Counted from the first letter of the stretch, positions 24,263-37,160 are shown. The stretch: 64,000 nt of DNA from Camelus ferus (GCF_009834535.1 NC_045696.1:108006001-108070000), one strand, 5' to 3'. Notes: a model not told the origin generated them from the sequence alone. Numbers and translations are program-made.

Positions 24263-27200
24263 CCTTGGCTAAGAACACTTTCTTTAGTCTGACCTTAGAA
24301 GTTCCATGTGCTATTCCTTCCTCTCTCAGCACGGGCTCAGCTCTGACTAATTCTGTCCTCATTGGGCAATGTTCTGATGACTGGTTGAGGGCTCTAGTTA
24401 CCTTCATAACAGGAACAGGCACTCTAAATAGCGGTGAGGAGTATTTCAGTCACTATTAATATCTATCCTTGTTGGTAGGTTAATAAATTGGCATTATGGC
24501 TTATAAATCCTTTTCCCACCTCGCAGAAGAGTTTTTAGAGCCTGATGATATCTAGGGGAAATACTAACATTCATAAAACAGTGGTACTGAGCTCCAGACC
24601 CTGGGCTGAGTGTGCCCTCCCCACCTCCACCCCCACCACCTCCAGTTAATTAGGGGATTCCAGCCCTGGATCTGTTGTGTAGTATCATTCATATCCTCAG
24701 TTGAACTTTGAATTTGCCCTTCTCTAACTCAGCTGGGCTTTATTCTGATCTAACCCAATCCTCTCGTTCACAGAGCACAGAAGTTTAGAGCTAGAGGACA
24801 TGTGGAGACCATTTCTTGCAGAGGACCAGGGAGGGAAGTGGTGGGTCCAAGGTTCCATAGTGGGTGGTGATAAGGCAAGGTTAGAACCCCGTGGATTTAT
24901 GTACCAATTCTGTCTCTCAATTTCATGATACTTTATGGATGATTTATCCTTGAGTTTGGGATAAAATGACCTAGGAAGTAGAACCTTTATCATATGTGTA
25001 GAGATACCTCATTGCCTGCCTTGAATATATTCTTGCAAATTTGATAATAAAGTGAATTTCAGTAAATTAAATATTCTATCATGTCTTTCAAAGATTAGAG
25101 ATGTATTCCTTCCATAAAAGCTTTCAGCCTTGGGTGTACACATGGATATAATAGAAAAAAAATGCACTTAGAGCGAAAATAATTTTCCAATGAAATATTA
25201 AAATAATGTTCAGAATAAACCAACAACTATTAAAGTGTGAGATAATAATTTTTTGTCTAGAGGAAGATATAGCCTGTCTACGTCTTTACATTTAATAAGC
25301 ATTTTTCTCTAGCCACAGGTAAATATTCCTTTGGAAAAGCTTCCTTCTTTCTGAAGGGTTTACCTTGCGTGATCACTTTTAATTGTTTATTTAACAGACT
25401 GGATTAGCTTGCTGCAATGTTTGCTTAGCAACTTGTGTAAATTTTTTATCATTAAAAGTCAGTTTTCCTGATGGCATTATTAAGATTTACTGCATCTGTA
25501 AATATGACTTTCTCTGCAGTGGGGGTTTTGTAAGTGGAACAAAGAAGGAAGTAGTTATTTTGGTTTTTACTAGCCATAGGCTCATCTATTTTCTAATTTA
25601 ATTTAAAAAACCTCTAAAAGGTTATAGGAGATAATACTACGTTTCAGATTCTTTAGAAAGAAAGTCTGGCATCAGTTTTCCTTCCTCAGTTCCTTGCCAT
25701 GATTATCTCTCTGGGGCCAACACAATCCTTGTAACTTTCTTAGCCTGGTCCTGCGGCCAGTACATTTTGTATGACAGATGATTCCAGGAGGAAGGAAGAG
25801 CTTAAACAAACGAGCTGCAGAGCCAATCCTCACACTTTACATTAATTAATCATTTCAGCCTGCTCCCTCACTAAACTTTTACCTAAAGCAGCTAATAGGA
25901 AGCAAACGGATGGGTTTGAATTTCATCTCTCTTTGTTTTCCCTGCTCACTCTCTGCAAAAGGGGCTAATGAGCAGTGAAATGGCCAGTCGTGAGCCGCCC
26001 AGGAGAGAGGCGCTGCCTGGGGAGCCCGCTGGCTGTGTAATCGGCTCCTGAATTATCACAAGGTTCCCCATGGTTTTATGAAGGTGTCTGAAACAGCCAG
26101 GATCCAGCACTGAGGGGAGTAAGGAGAGGAAAAGAAGGTGTTCCCATTGGCACGACGTCCACTCTGCCCGTTGGATGGAAGCTGTACTCGCCAAGAAGTC
26201 TCCTTAGAGAAAACAATTTACAAGAGGCAAATATTGGTTTGCAAAGTGTAACAAACTTGTTAGCGTTTATAGCACAGACGCTGACACTGTTTAACCTAAT
26301 AGCAAGCTGTTGCCTAAACGTCTTTCAGAGGGTAATTAAAAGGCTCCTAGATGCACCGAAAACCAATTATATTAAATTTTTATTTGTAGGGAGTACTCAA
26401 GGCTTAAGGTAAAAAAAAAAAAATAAATCAGAATTCGTAACCCAGCCAAAGATGTCTTCTTGCCACAGGCAACAGGGCTGCTGCCAAGGAGATCCCAATT
26501 AAAGACCAGGGCTTGGTTTCAAAGGCGGAGACCTCCAATCAGCTTTCCCCTGACCCAACCCGAGTGCTACTTTAATGAGGGAAGGGAAAAGTTCACTACT
26601 GCGACATTATTAAGTAGAAATTGAGAGAAAGAACTGGTTATTCCTTTGGGGAAAAAAAAAAACCCAAGAAATGATGTGGGTCTACCTGAAGAAGTTTTAG
26701 TAGCAGCAGGGCTAGGAAAATCAATGTTGAGAGGGCTCTAAGAAGATGCTTTTTTCTAGAGAGCTGTATTCTTTGGGCATAATAATTGGTTCTTATTTGT
26801 TGTTTGCATGTTTGTTAATTGCCAAAAACATCCAGCAGGTCAGTCTGTATGCCCCGGCTGAGTTCCAGGAGAGATGTCTATCAGGCGATCCAGCTGCTTA
26901 CTCTCAGACTGCCACTGACTGGCTGTGTGACCTCAGAGAAGTCACTTTCCTGCTCTGAGCATAAATATCCTAGGAGCTGTAAAGAGAAAGGAATACTTCT
27001 AGCTCTAGAAAGGGTCAGTCCTGCAGTAACAATACTCTGGATTCAGAAAATATCTCCTGTAACCCCTAAGTAATTTGGAAAATGCTGTCAGCCCTTAAAA
27101 CTCTCTGCAGTTTCTTGTTATTGCAGTTGGAGTTACGGGCAGGCAGTGAAGTGAAGTGGCAGGCGCAAGGTGACCTTGTCATTTTTCAGAGGAGGATAGA

Positions 27201-27826
27201 GAACTGCACTCCTGACTTCAGCCCAGCGCTTAAGCCACTCAGGCTAGAACTGTATGGAAAATTAAAGGAGTCTGATGGAATTTAATGTTTGGTTCTCTCC
27301 TGAGTTAACTTTATCAAATCAACTCAGACATTTGGTTCTTTCCATTTTCTATCAGGCCTCTCTGCCCTCTTTGTTGTTTGACCAGAGTTCATCAACAGTA
27401 GCTGTAGCCAAGATTCCAGGGAGTGATGGCATCTTTTTATGTCGACTTTGGCTACATCAGTGGGGTGTGGGATGTGACGTGAGCACCTGCATGTGTGGGG
27501 ACAACTCATGTGTCACAAACTTCCTTCCCAGGAGGATGTTCTGACACCCATTTTCCATGTTCCCAGCCAGGGCTGTTTCCGATGTCTGCATGAAGACATG
27601 GACTGGCCGGGAAATTTGGGGCTCTTTGCAAGGGCGCATCTTTGGCTGGCAGCTCCCACCTGTGTTTCTTGGCCCCACCAGACATTCTCTGCTCCAGCTC
27701 CCTGCCACAGTCCTTGAAAACGGCTCTGGGAGGTCCTGGGGGAATCTCAGGTATGATCCGCACATGGGCATTTGATACGTTCACTGCTTTCTCTCTCCAA
27801 CTCTGACTCATAGGATGCTGACTCTT

Positions 27827-28549
27827 TTTTTTTAAATTGCAGTATAGTCAATTTACAATGTGTTAATTTCTGGTGTGCAGCATAATGATTCAGTTATATA
27901 TATATATTTCTTTTCATATTCTTTTTCATTACAAGGCATTGAATACAGTTCCCTGTGCTATAAAGTAGGACCTTGTTGTTTGTCAATTTTGTGTTTAGTA
28001 GTTAGTATCTACAATTTTTGAACTCTTAATTTATCCCTCCACAATTCCTTCTCCTCCTGGTAACCATAAGTTTATGTCTGTGAGTTTGTCTCTGTTTTGC
28101 AAATGAGTTCATTTGTGTCCTTTCTCCCTCTAGATTCCACATATAAGTGATATCATATGATATTTTTATTTCTCTTTCTGGCTTATTTTGCCTAGTATGA
28201 CAATCTCCAGGTCCATCCATGTTGCTGCAAATAGCACTATTTTATTTTTTAATGGCTGAGTAATATTCCATTATATAAGTAGTATTCCATTATATATACA
28301 CAGCTTCTTTATCCAGTCATCTGTTGATGGACATTTAGGTTGCTTCCATGTTTTGGCTGTTGTAAATAGTGCTGCTATGAACATTGAGGTGCATGTATCT
28401 TTTCAAATTAGAGTTCTTTCCAGATATATGCCCAGGAGTGGGATTGCTGAATCATATGGTAAGGCTATTTTCAGTTTTTTGAGGAATCTCCATACTGTTT
28501 TCCATAATGGCAGTGCCAAACTACATTCCCACCAGCAGTGTAGGAGGGT
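27827..28549 (-). mobile_element. Young camelid-type L1 3' end with perfect 16-bp TSD
   Basis: TSD taggatgctgactctt at 27811-27826 and 28550-28565; poly(T) then antisense L1 3'UTR and ORF2 end. Confidence 0.96.
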
Positions 28550-31500
28550 TAGGATGCTGACTCTTGTCACTGATGCTCTAGGTCTTGATGTAAGTCCCTG
28601 GGCTGGGAACTGAGGATGACTGAACGTGTCGTCTCTGACTGTAGCCCATTACTCTTGAATCAAATTTCTCTACCTCCTTTCTCTCTTTTTTTCAGGATAG
28701 GACTTACTTTAGTGAGTCCTTAGTTCTTCACATAAATAGACTCCTCATATTTGAGTCTTCAGGCTCAAGCTGAAGTTCTTACCTCTGTGGAGTCTAGATG
28801 TGGAGTCAAAGCTGCCCTTGGGCTCTTGATATCAGGATCCATGATGCCCAAAGACTGTAGGGAGAACCCTCAGTTAACTCACTGTTCCCCTGGTGTGAGA
28901 TGCCTCACCATGGGACAGGAGGAGAGGAAGGTATCTGGTCCCCAGTTTTGTGGCATTGCTGCCCTCCCAGAACACCCCCAGGCTCACTTTGACCAAAGTG
29001 AAAAGTGGAGAACTTGCCTTTGCAACGACCCTCTCATCTGTCTCTGCTTCTGCCGTTCTTCAATGCCTGTTACTGGAGGTATGATGTATCCTTAAGTGCC
29101 ACCTCTCTGCTAGGACTCTCCAGGGGGCTGCCTGTCTTGGCCTGACTGTCATCGGCAGGGCCTTGTGCTGTGAGCCCCTTCCCCTCTTTTCCTCCCATCA
29201 AAGCTTACCTGTCCAAGGTGCCACGCCATCAAGAGCTGCTCTTTTCTGGAAAATGATAAGCTGAGAGGTTGGATAATGATCATGACTTTGCCCTATCTCT
29301 TCAGCTGACCACCCCTGATGGAATGTGATCAGAGTTGAGAGGTGATATCCACCTTTGGGTTTCAGGACTGAAGACCAAGAGCCTTGCCGTGAACATGAAA
29401 ATGACAGCTCGCTGGGGAATGGGTAGGGCCCCTGCCTGTTGAGATGTGTTGACAACCCACATGTGTGGCCCTTCACTTACATCCTCCAGGGAGCCTTATA
29501 AGCAGAACTTGCAGTTGGATGACTGTTTAGATGCAGAACATGCTGCCTCTCTGCAAAGGCACTTGTGCCTGATGATAGTTAAGATAATGCATGCTGTCTG
29601 TCTGCTGGAGTAAGGAAAGCTGGCAGAAGAGATCAAGTCTAGGGCTTCATTCAGGAGGCAACAGAAGAATTGAAGGTGGGTATAACAGAATTAAAATGAT
29701 GACCAATGGAAGCCATGGAAGTAAGAGAAGTGGGTGAGGATACAAGCAGGCAGAAGAGGGTATTGGAAAAATTTGATCCCAATTATTTTATGGAGAGCTG
29801 GGTTCTGGACACAGAGAGGTTTAAGGAGGAATAAGGTAAGTAGGTAGAGGGAAGGTACTGAGAAGGGTGGAATAATGTTCTCCTTGGAGGAGCCTGGGTG
29901 AAGGTCATTGTTAGATAGAAGGACAAGGGCAAGGGTACTCCTCTGGAGGTTTGAATACTCACCCTCACAGCAGTCCTGGGTGAGCAGATGGGAGGGCGGA
30001 TGACTGGAAGAATGAATGAACACTGCCAGTATACTCTCTGAGCTTACAAAGACTTGTTGGGTGAGTCAGAGTTATTAATATAAATAGTAACGGTGGCAAC
30101 AATATGTCCCAGTGACAGTCCTATTTTAAAAATTAACTTTAAAGTCTATTTTAAAATGTTGTTCTAAATCCCATGTACATTCTCTTTCGCATTCTTTTGA
30201 AGATTCCAGTCTGTTATTTACAGTGTTTATTACTTTTAAGCATATGGGAGTACATATGATGTCTGTCCACTTTTTTTTTCCAGAGCTAGTAAACAGACTG
30301 GGAACAGGACCGATATAGTCATATTCATTCTGTCATTGACCTTGGGCAGGCTCTCCAAGGTCAGTAAGGGTGGTTGGATTTTTGTCAGAATTGACTTGTT
30401 TTCAGCAGGAGCTGGGTCTCCCGCCTACTAACATTTGTAATCTTTCCTTACTATCTAGCCTGCTGTAAAATTACTAGTACAGTTTCCCCAGGCAATGACT
30501 TCGTGATTTTCTACTTTTTTATTGATCAATAAACAGTTTTAAACCAAAAAACCCCACAGTGAGAATAGAAACTTATTTGCTACTTGTAACTACCTGCCTT
30601 GGAGAAGAAAAAGGGATTGGGAAGATAAGAGCCTGAGGCTCCTGCTGCCTCCCTGATGCCAACACCAAGAGATGAAAATAGAATAATGCAGTTGTAGGTT
30701 AACAAAACAACGTTTGACTACTCTTTGCTGAGTACCTGGTCATCTCATGAAATTAACCCCTTGTGTCCTTGACCCCTGGATCTGTGTATCACCTTCTGAA
30801 AACCTCAGGAAGGCAGACTTCGGCTGGTGTGTTCACTACTCCTTTTCCAGTGCCAAGCACAGTGCCTAGCATCACATTAGGGTTAAGGAAAACATAAGGG
30901 AGCTATCAGGATTGAGAATAAGAGGGTGAATTTATTTTTCTGTTATATTGAGACCGGTTTCCAGTAATTTCCTTGCATAAGTTCCATCTCTCCAGCGAGA
31001 CTTAAGGAGAGAACCCAGGCCCTATGTGTTTTCTTTTTCCTGTGGCATCGAAAGTAGTTTATGACCACGGAAATACCCTCCAGGCGGTAATGACTATGTT
31101 TCCAATGGTTACGGCTTCCCATCATCCTATTTGCTTTCTTTTGGTTGTGTTTTCGGGTAAATGGAATTTTGAAAATAAGTTTAGAAAATAAGGCAATATT
31201 TTTTAGTAAAACCAAATCAATAACCAGCTAAGGATAACAGAAAATTTGTGATTCGAAAACTGTTCGCATGGGCACATTTTGAAGGATGGAAGAACTTTCT
31301 TCTCATGTTTGTTGATATCATTTGTTTTATCCAAGGAGGGAGGATGAAATGAAAGCGTGCTTTTTTTTTAAGCAATATTGAGTCATTTGCTTTTCTGATA
31401 AGAAATGCTGAGAAACAGTCAACCTTTGTTTTTCCTGGATTCCACAGGAAACTTACTGACAAACTCCTGATGTCTACGTAATGCTTAAAATCCAGAAATG

Positions 31501-33275
31501 GCAAATTCAGTGACGACACAGGCAGGGTATCAAGAAAAAGGGAGGGATGGAAGAGCTAGTTTATAGTTCATCAAAGTAAGAATACCCTCTCTACAAATCT
31601 TCCTTAAATAAAACATGTGCTTTAACTCACCAAACGTGGAATCACAGACTTTGGGACCTGGAAGGGCGTTGGGAGCCTCTATTTCAGTCTGCTCATTTAC
31701 ATACAAGGAAACGATCCAGAGCTTTTTGAAACAGACCTGTGACTGTTTGAAGTCACGTGTGAGTCAGTGGCAGAGCCCTCCTGCTCTGGACCCCAGACCC
31801 GGGGGTTGAATAGGGATCACCAGCCCTGATTGTTCTCGTGATACCCGCAGGACACAAAGCTGTGTCCCAGTCGCAGATGGGAGCCCAGGTAGCCTTTTCC
31901 TTCCATGCCTTTGCTAGCCCATTTTTCTCCCAGGGGGCCTCCTCAGGTTGCTGGGTACCTCGGGCCCCAGGGTAACCCTTTCCAGGGGGTTGACAGAAAG
32001 CCTGGGTGTGTGGCCGGGAGTGAGGTTCATTGCCATGAGGCACTGAACCCACTCCTCCACACCAAGAAGGTTGCCCAGTGCCCAGGGGCTCCGTGTGTCA
32101 TGGCTGCAGCCCAGCAGACCCACTAGCAGTGAGGCATAAAGCCTTTCACTCAGCCAACTGATGAAAACTCTGTCCTTTTCAAAATGTCCCAGAAAGCCAA
32201 AATAACTCATATTTCCCACGCAACGTTAGAGCAGATTTATGCCCCTTTAAGAACACATGGGGTGTAAAAAGATGAAGGGAGAGAGGGCCTAAAGTTTTAC
32301 ATATGGCACCAAGGTAATCCTAGCCGAGTTGGCTCCTCTCCGGAGAGCGCTGGCAGGGTATAATTAGAACGGAGATCGCCATCCCAACAGATCTATACTT
32401 GAGCAAATCGTGGCTTAAGACAAAATTGGAACCAAGGCTAAATTTATCAATAAGGGAGTTTAAAAAAAGGAAAAGAAGACAAATGAAGTTGAAATTTCTC
32501 CTTGTTTATTTTAATGTGCAGAACATTCGCTAGCTGATTTATGCCACAGCTTCAGTGTATTTTTCATTTTTTATTTATTTTGCAGTTAATTGGATTTCCA
32601 GGCTCTGCAGCCAGTCACTGCAATTGATCCTTGAAAAGATGGATTTATTGCTTAGACAGGCAGAATTCTGACAATCTTCAGAGGTTGGAAAATAGAAGAA
32701 AACAGCCCATACACAGAGCACTGTGGGTCACCATTGAGTCAGACCAGGAAGATACGTTACAGCCAGCAGGTTCATGCCAGAAGTTCAGCACCAGGAGTCT
32801 TCTTGCTAAATGTGCAGCACCCGGACCCAGTGGAATCTTTTGTAGGGTGTTGTCAGTCATCCATGCTTAGGAGGAAATAAAGCTTACGATGGAGACACCA
32901 AGGTAGATATCAGATCCCAGAAACGTTGGAAAATTAGCTAAACTTGAAACAGCTCACAAACTTGGTGGCTCACTCTGGAATGGGACCTTATTTTCCCTGC
33001 TGGGTAGCCCTGTTGGAATGGCATAATGGCTCGTGGGGGCAGAATCAGTATGGAACTCCTGTCTTCAGCTACTCTTAGCAGAGGGCTCTGGAAATTTGCC
33101 AGTGATAAGCAGCAGAACATTACCCTCAGTTCTGCAAAAGTCTGACATCCATTCAGCCATTTGCATATCTTGCATCCATGCATCCATCCATCCATGTAAT
33201 AATTTTTTATTGAGCCCCTACTATATGCTAATCCCTTTGCCTGGTGCTGAGCATAGAGAATGGATAATAAAACAA

Positions 33276-33866
33276 TATTTTTTCACAAGAATGGAAAATA
33301 TTTGATAAACTTAGAATGATGGGCTTATTAAACTATAGTGTTATTTACAGCCATAGTTCATCAACCACAAACACAATAATGTGTTTGCATGACATGTTAC
33401 AACAGAAGCTTTATTCGGTTCATTCAGAAAACATTGGCAAAATAAATTACAGAGGCAAATTCAGATACAGGCTTCAATGTATAAAGTTGTACGTAACAAA
33501 AAATACAGGTGCTACTTATAACAATAACTAAGAGATAAAAACTAATGATAAACTATAATTGCACAAAGGATTGTAAACATTTTGCACACTTGTCAGTCCT
33601 TTCTTTTGGGCAAGGTGATATTTTGATGACAAATAAATTAACAGATACACACTTGAGTGAACTATTTCCATACAATACAAAAAGAAGTTTGGTTTGCTTT
33701 CTTCTTGTAAACATAAGTTTTGCAAAAAATGAAAAATCAATAAAATTGCCTTGCAGGCCAACTAGAGATTTATACCTGGGCAGCAAAGTGATTTTGGAAA
33801 TGCTTTAAGTGTTAAATAAAAATTTAATTAATAATTAATTAGTATCTTTTCAATGGTATTTTATAC
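33276..33866 (-). pseudogene. 5'-truncated processed retrocopy of an mRNA 3'UTR (parent not confirmed)
   Basis: Non-repeat insert that splits an L2. The minus strand is U-rich with two TGTTTACA sites (33572-33579, 33706-33713), one GTGCAAT (33558-33564), an AATAAA (33410-33415) and a terminal A-run. Degenerate TSD ataataaaacaa / ataataaatgacaa. Confidence 0.7.
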
Positions 33867-34047
33867 ATAATAAATGACAAGTCCTTGTCCTCATGGAGAT
33901 TATAACCTATTGGGCAAGGACTAATTACAAATTTGCTGAGTATCAGGAAGAGAAGTTCAGGAAGCTGCAGGAACGTATTAAAGGGGGACCTACCCTGGTC
34001 TGGGGGTTGGGGAAGGCTTCCAGGAGGAAATGCTGTGAGCTGAGACC

Positions 34048-34591
34048 AGAGACTGAATATACAAATAGACAGTAGTTAGACCATATGTGAAATAGAAATC
34101 TGACCCATAATCTGCAGCAACCAGCCCGGGACACCAACCTATTATCTACAGTAACCAGCTTGGGCGGCCAGCCTGCTGTCTGTAAGTCAGACTTGTAGGA
34201 AGTCAGACCACTTTCTCCAGCAACCAGCCCAGGAAGCCAAACAATAACCCCTGTAACAACTGGCCCGAAACAGCCAGGACTGTATTAATAACTGATGGCA
34301 TCCTTAATTTTTGTCCTTACTTAGAATCAACCAGAGAAAGCCAAATATGCACCCCTAACCAATCACGTAGAATGGGCTACTGCTATACGTACTGCTTTCC
34401 CATGCCAGCAGCCTCCAACCAGGGCACGCCTGAAACCTGTCCTTTCTGCCTTATAAAACCTTCCTACTCCTCTGCCAGCCTCTGAGACTCAGCCAAAACC
34501 CAAGCGGTAGTGGCTGACTCCCTTGCTGTAGCAAGCTCCAGATACACAGCCTTTGCCTGTTCTCACTTGATTGATCTCTGTTGGTTCCACA
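34048..34591 (+). mobile_element. Solo ERV1 LTR (MER87/MER90-like) with 4-bp TSD
   Basis: GACC at 34044-34047 and 34592-34595 splits the L2 motif gagctgagacctgaag. Repeated cagcaaccagccc units, CCAAT, TATAAAA; ends in CA. Confidence 0.88.
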
Positions 34592-35934
34592 GACCTGAAG
34601 AATGAGCATGTGCGGGCCAGACAGTGGCCAGGAAAAGAGTGTTCCAAGAGATGGAACAGCACGTGCAAAGACCCTAAGACAAGAAAGACTAAGGTACCCT
34701 CTTCAAACTGAAGAGTCAACCATGACTGAAATGTGGAGGACGATGCAGAGACTGGAATAAGATAGGGCTGGAGACAGGGTTTTGGGGGGAGGGTTGGGAT
34801 CCTGCAGGACCTTGTGAGCTGTGTTGGTGACTTGGGCCTTTATCCTAACCTAAACCTCTTTTATGGCTGATGCTTGGGAGTTTCCTCCTTAACCAGTGCG
34901 TTTCCATTGTGACTGGTCTCCAGCTCCCGTCTGCTGCTGTGTATGTGAGCTGCTTATGTCCTGAGGGCTTACTTGCTTTGAGAACTTTTTGTTTTTTGTT
35001 AGCATTGTTTTCCCGACGCAGATGTATGGGCAAAGATGGCTTACTGTGTGGGTCCTGCTCTATGCCAGGACCAGCGTTCCTGTCCTTCTGAGCGGTGATA
35101 AAGGATTCCCCAAGCTCCTCTCTGTCCCTGCGCCCAGCCTGGCCTAGGAGGAAAGGTCAATGTAACAGAGACTGAGACTTATTCCTATATCTGTTCTCAC
35201 CTTCTATGGTGATAGAACATACTGTCAATTAGATTGGAGGTATTTCCCAGTCTCCTTTGCAGCTCAGTAATTAATAGGCTTTTGGCTAAGGTTGGGCCAA
35301 TGGAGTTCAAGGGGAAGTGAATATACAACTTCTGGACATGCACCTAAAAGACCAGGGCATGCCTTTCACTTTCCACTGGCTGCGGTGTAAAGGTGGTACC
35401 ATTTTGGACGATGCATACCAGGGATGGCAGAACGACCAGAAAGAGCATCATGACTGACGGGGACTGCTTACATCTGGAAAGTAAGGCAAGAGAGAAATCT
35501 TTTTATCTTATTCAAGTCACTATTATTTTAATCTCCGCAACCGCAATCTCTCAAAGTGTGGTTCTGGAATCCCTGGGGGTGTGTGTGTAGGGGCGGGGAG
35601 ACTCTTTCATGAGGCTCATAACAGTACTGACTCTTTATTTGCCTTTTTTATTCTCATTTTCTCATGAGTAGATTCCTGAGTTTTCCAAAGGCTAACATGA
35701 TGAGTGATATCACAACAGGTTGAATGCAGAAGCCAATACACGAATACAGCTGTCTTCTGTTAAGCCAGATATTAAAGAGCTTCGAAAATGTGAAAAACAA
35801 TGTCACCCTTCTCAATCAAATTTTTTTGAAAATACAGTTTTTTAAATAAAAATTATGTTTATATCTTTATTATTGCTATTTTAAAATGGCGATTTGTTTA
35901 AAAATTCTTTTTTGTTACTTCTAGTTTTTTAAAA

Positions 35935-36112
35935 ATGTTATTTATTTATTTATTTTTAAGTGACACACAGTCAGTTACAATGTGTCAATTTCTGGTGTAC
36001 AGCACAATGGCTCATGCATATACATACATGTATTTGTTTTCATATTCTTTTTTGTTAAAGGTTATTACAAGATACTAAATATAGGTCCCTGTGCTATACA
36101 GAAGAAATCTGT
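35935..36112 (-). mobile_element. Camelid-type L1 extreme 3' tail
   Basis: cagtcagttacaatgtgtcaatttctggtgtacagcac...tccctgtgctatacagaagaaat. Confidence 0.9.
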
Positions 36113-36131
36113 TTGAATTAAAAAAAAGATT

Positions 36132-36212
36132 TTTTAACAGAGGTACTGGGGGTTGAACCCAGGACCTTGTGTATGCTAAGCACATGCTCTACCACTGAAT
36201 TATACCCTCTCT
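36132..36212 (-). mobile_element. vic-1-type SINE head
   Basis: gaggtactgggggttgaacccaggaccttgtgtatgctaagcacatgctctaccactgaattataccctc. Confidence 0.9.
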
Positions 36213-36619
36213 CCAGCAATTTTTTTTTAAAATAGCAGTTTTGTTAAAAAAAAAAAAAAACCAAATGCATGAAGGAATGTTAATTTTTTTTTTCCATTTT
36301 AATTTCTAATGGTAAATATGGAGAGACGTAACCCACACATATGAAAGCACTTTGGGGCTGTCAATAACAAAGTCCATAAATGTTTGAGAACGACTGTCCT
36401 AACTAATCCAGGGAGCTAGACGTTCCTTATTGATGAAAAGTTACCAGCTCCAGGTCCCATGTACCTGCTGTTCTGGGGATCAGCCGAGGTGGCTGTCACT
36501 CCTTCTCTTTCTGCACCCTGCTTCTGATCTCTTCTCTCCTGGTTTCCTTTGATTCTCCAGGAATTGTTCAGTTAACATAGAATCCACTGAACATTTCTTT
36601 TCCCCTCCAACCTTCACTG

Positions 36620-37160
36620 CTTCACTCAATAATGAAGTCCCTAATATGGGCTAGGGCGGTGCTTGGTCTGCAGGTCAAGGATGACCGGGACACGGTTGCT
36701 ACTTTGGCTTGGCTCACAGCAGTGGAGAGGGGCGGTGAGCAGACAGTGGCAGCTCAGGCACTCCTCAGCATAGTCATGGATTGTGTCGGGTGTGGAAGTG
36801 ACACAGAGAAGGGCTCTGCCTTGGGGGAAGCGGAGGCAGTGTGCAGGGGGGTTTTAAGGCAGAGGTGACTTTGAAGGAAGCTGAAAAATAAATATAAATT
36901 AGCAAGTTTCTATGCAAGGAGTGCTGGGAGGGGGAAGGGCGCCCAGGCAGAGGAAACAGCAGGGGCAAGGGCACGGTGACTTCATAGGGCAGGGTGTTTT
37001 TGGAAAAGTCTCAGTGGTTCATTATGGGCCAAGAAGCTGGAAAGGGGCCAGGACTCATTAAGTAATGATAAACAATTTGACTTTTAGTTTTAAGGCAGTT
37101 GGAAATCATGGAATAATTTTAAACAGAGTGTGATGTGATCATATATGATTTCAGAACGGT
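36620..37160 (-). mobile_element. LINE-2
   Basis: gcagaggtgactttgaag...ccaggcagaggaaacagcaggggcaagggc...ttttaaacagagtgtgatgtgatc. Confidence 0.75.

Larger units (their letters stand above)
33165..34850 (-). mobile_element. LINE-2 interrupted by a retrocopy and an LTR
   Basis: tttattgagcccctactatatgc ... gtccttgtcctcatggag ... ggaaggcttccaggagg...tgagctgagacc | gacctgaagaatgag ... acagcacgtgcaaagaccct. Confidence 0.85.
35544..36395 (+). mobile_element. MER119-like hAT-Charlie element
   Basis: tctcaaagtgtgg...tgaatgcagaagc...cagctgtcttctgttaagccagatattaaagag...gtttgagaacgactg. Confidence 0.82.
35185..36410 (+). mobile_element. MaLR LTR (MLT1J-like) split by MER119
   Basis: tatttcccagtctcctttgcagct...gggccaatgga...; the terminus tcctaactaatcca resumes after the MITE. 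Confidence 0.7.

Noticed and set aside
27300..27811. Cluster of six overlapping ORFs
   Set aside because: GC-rich sequence with few stop codons and no coherent protein in any frame.
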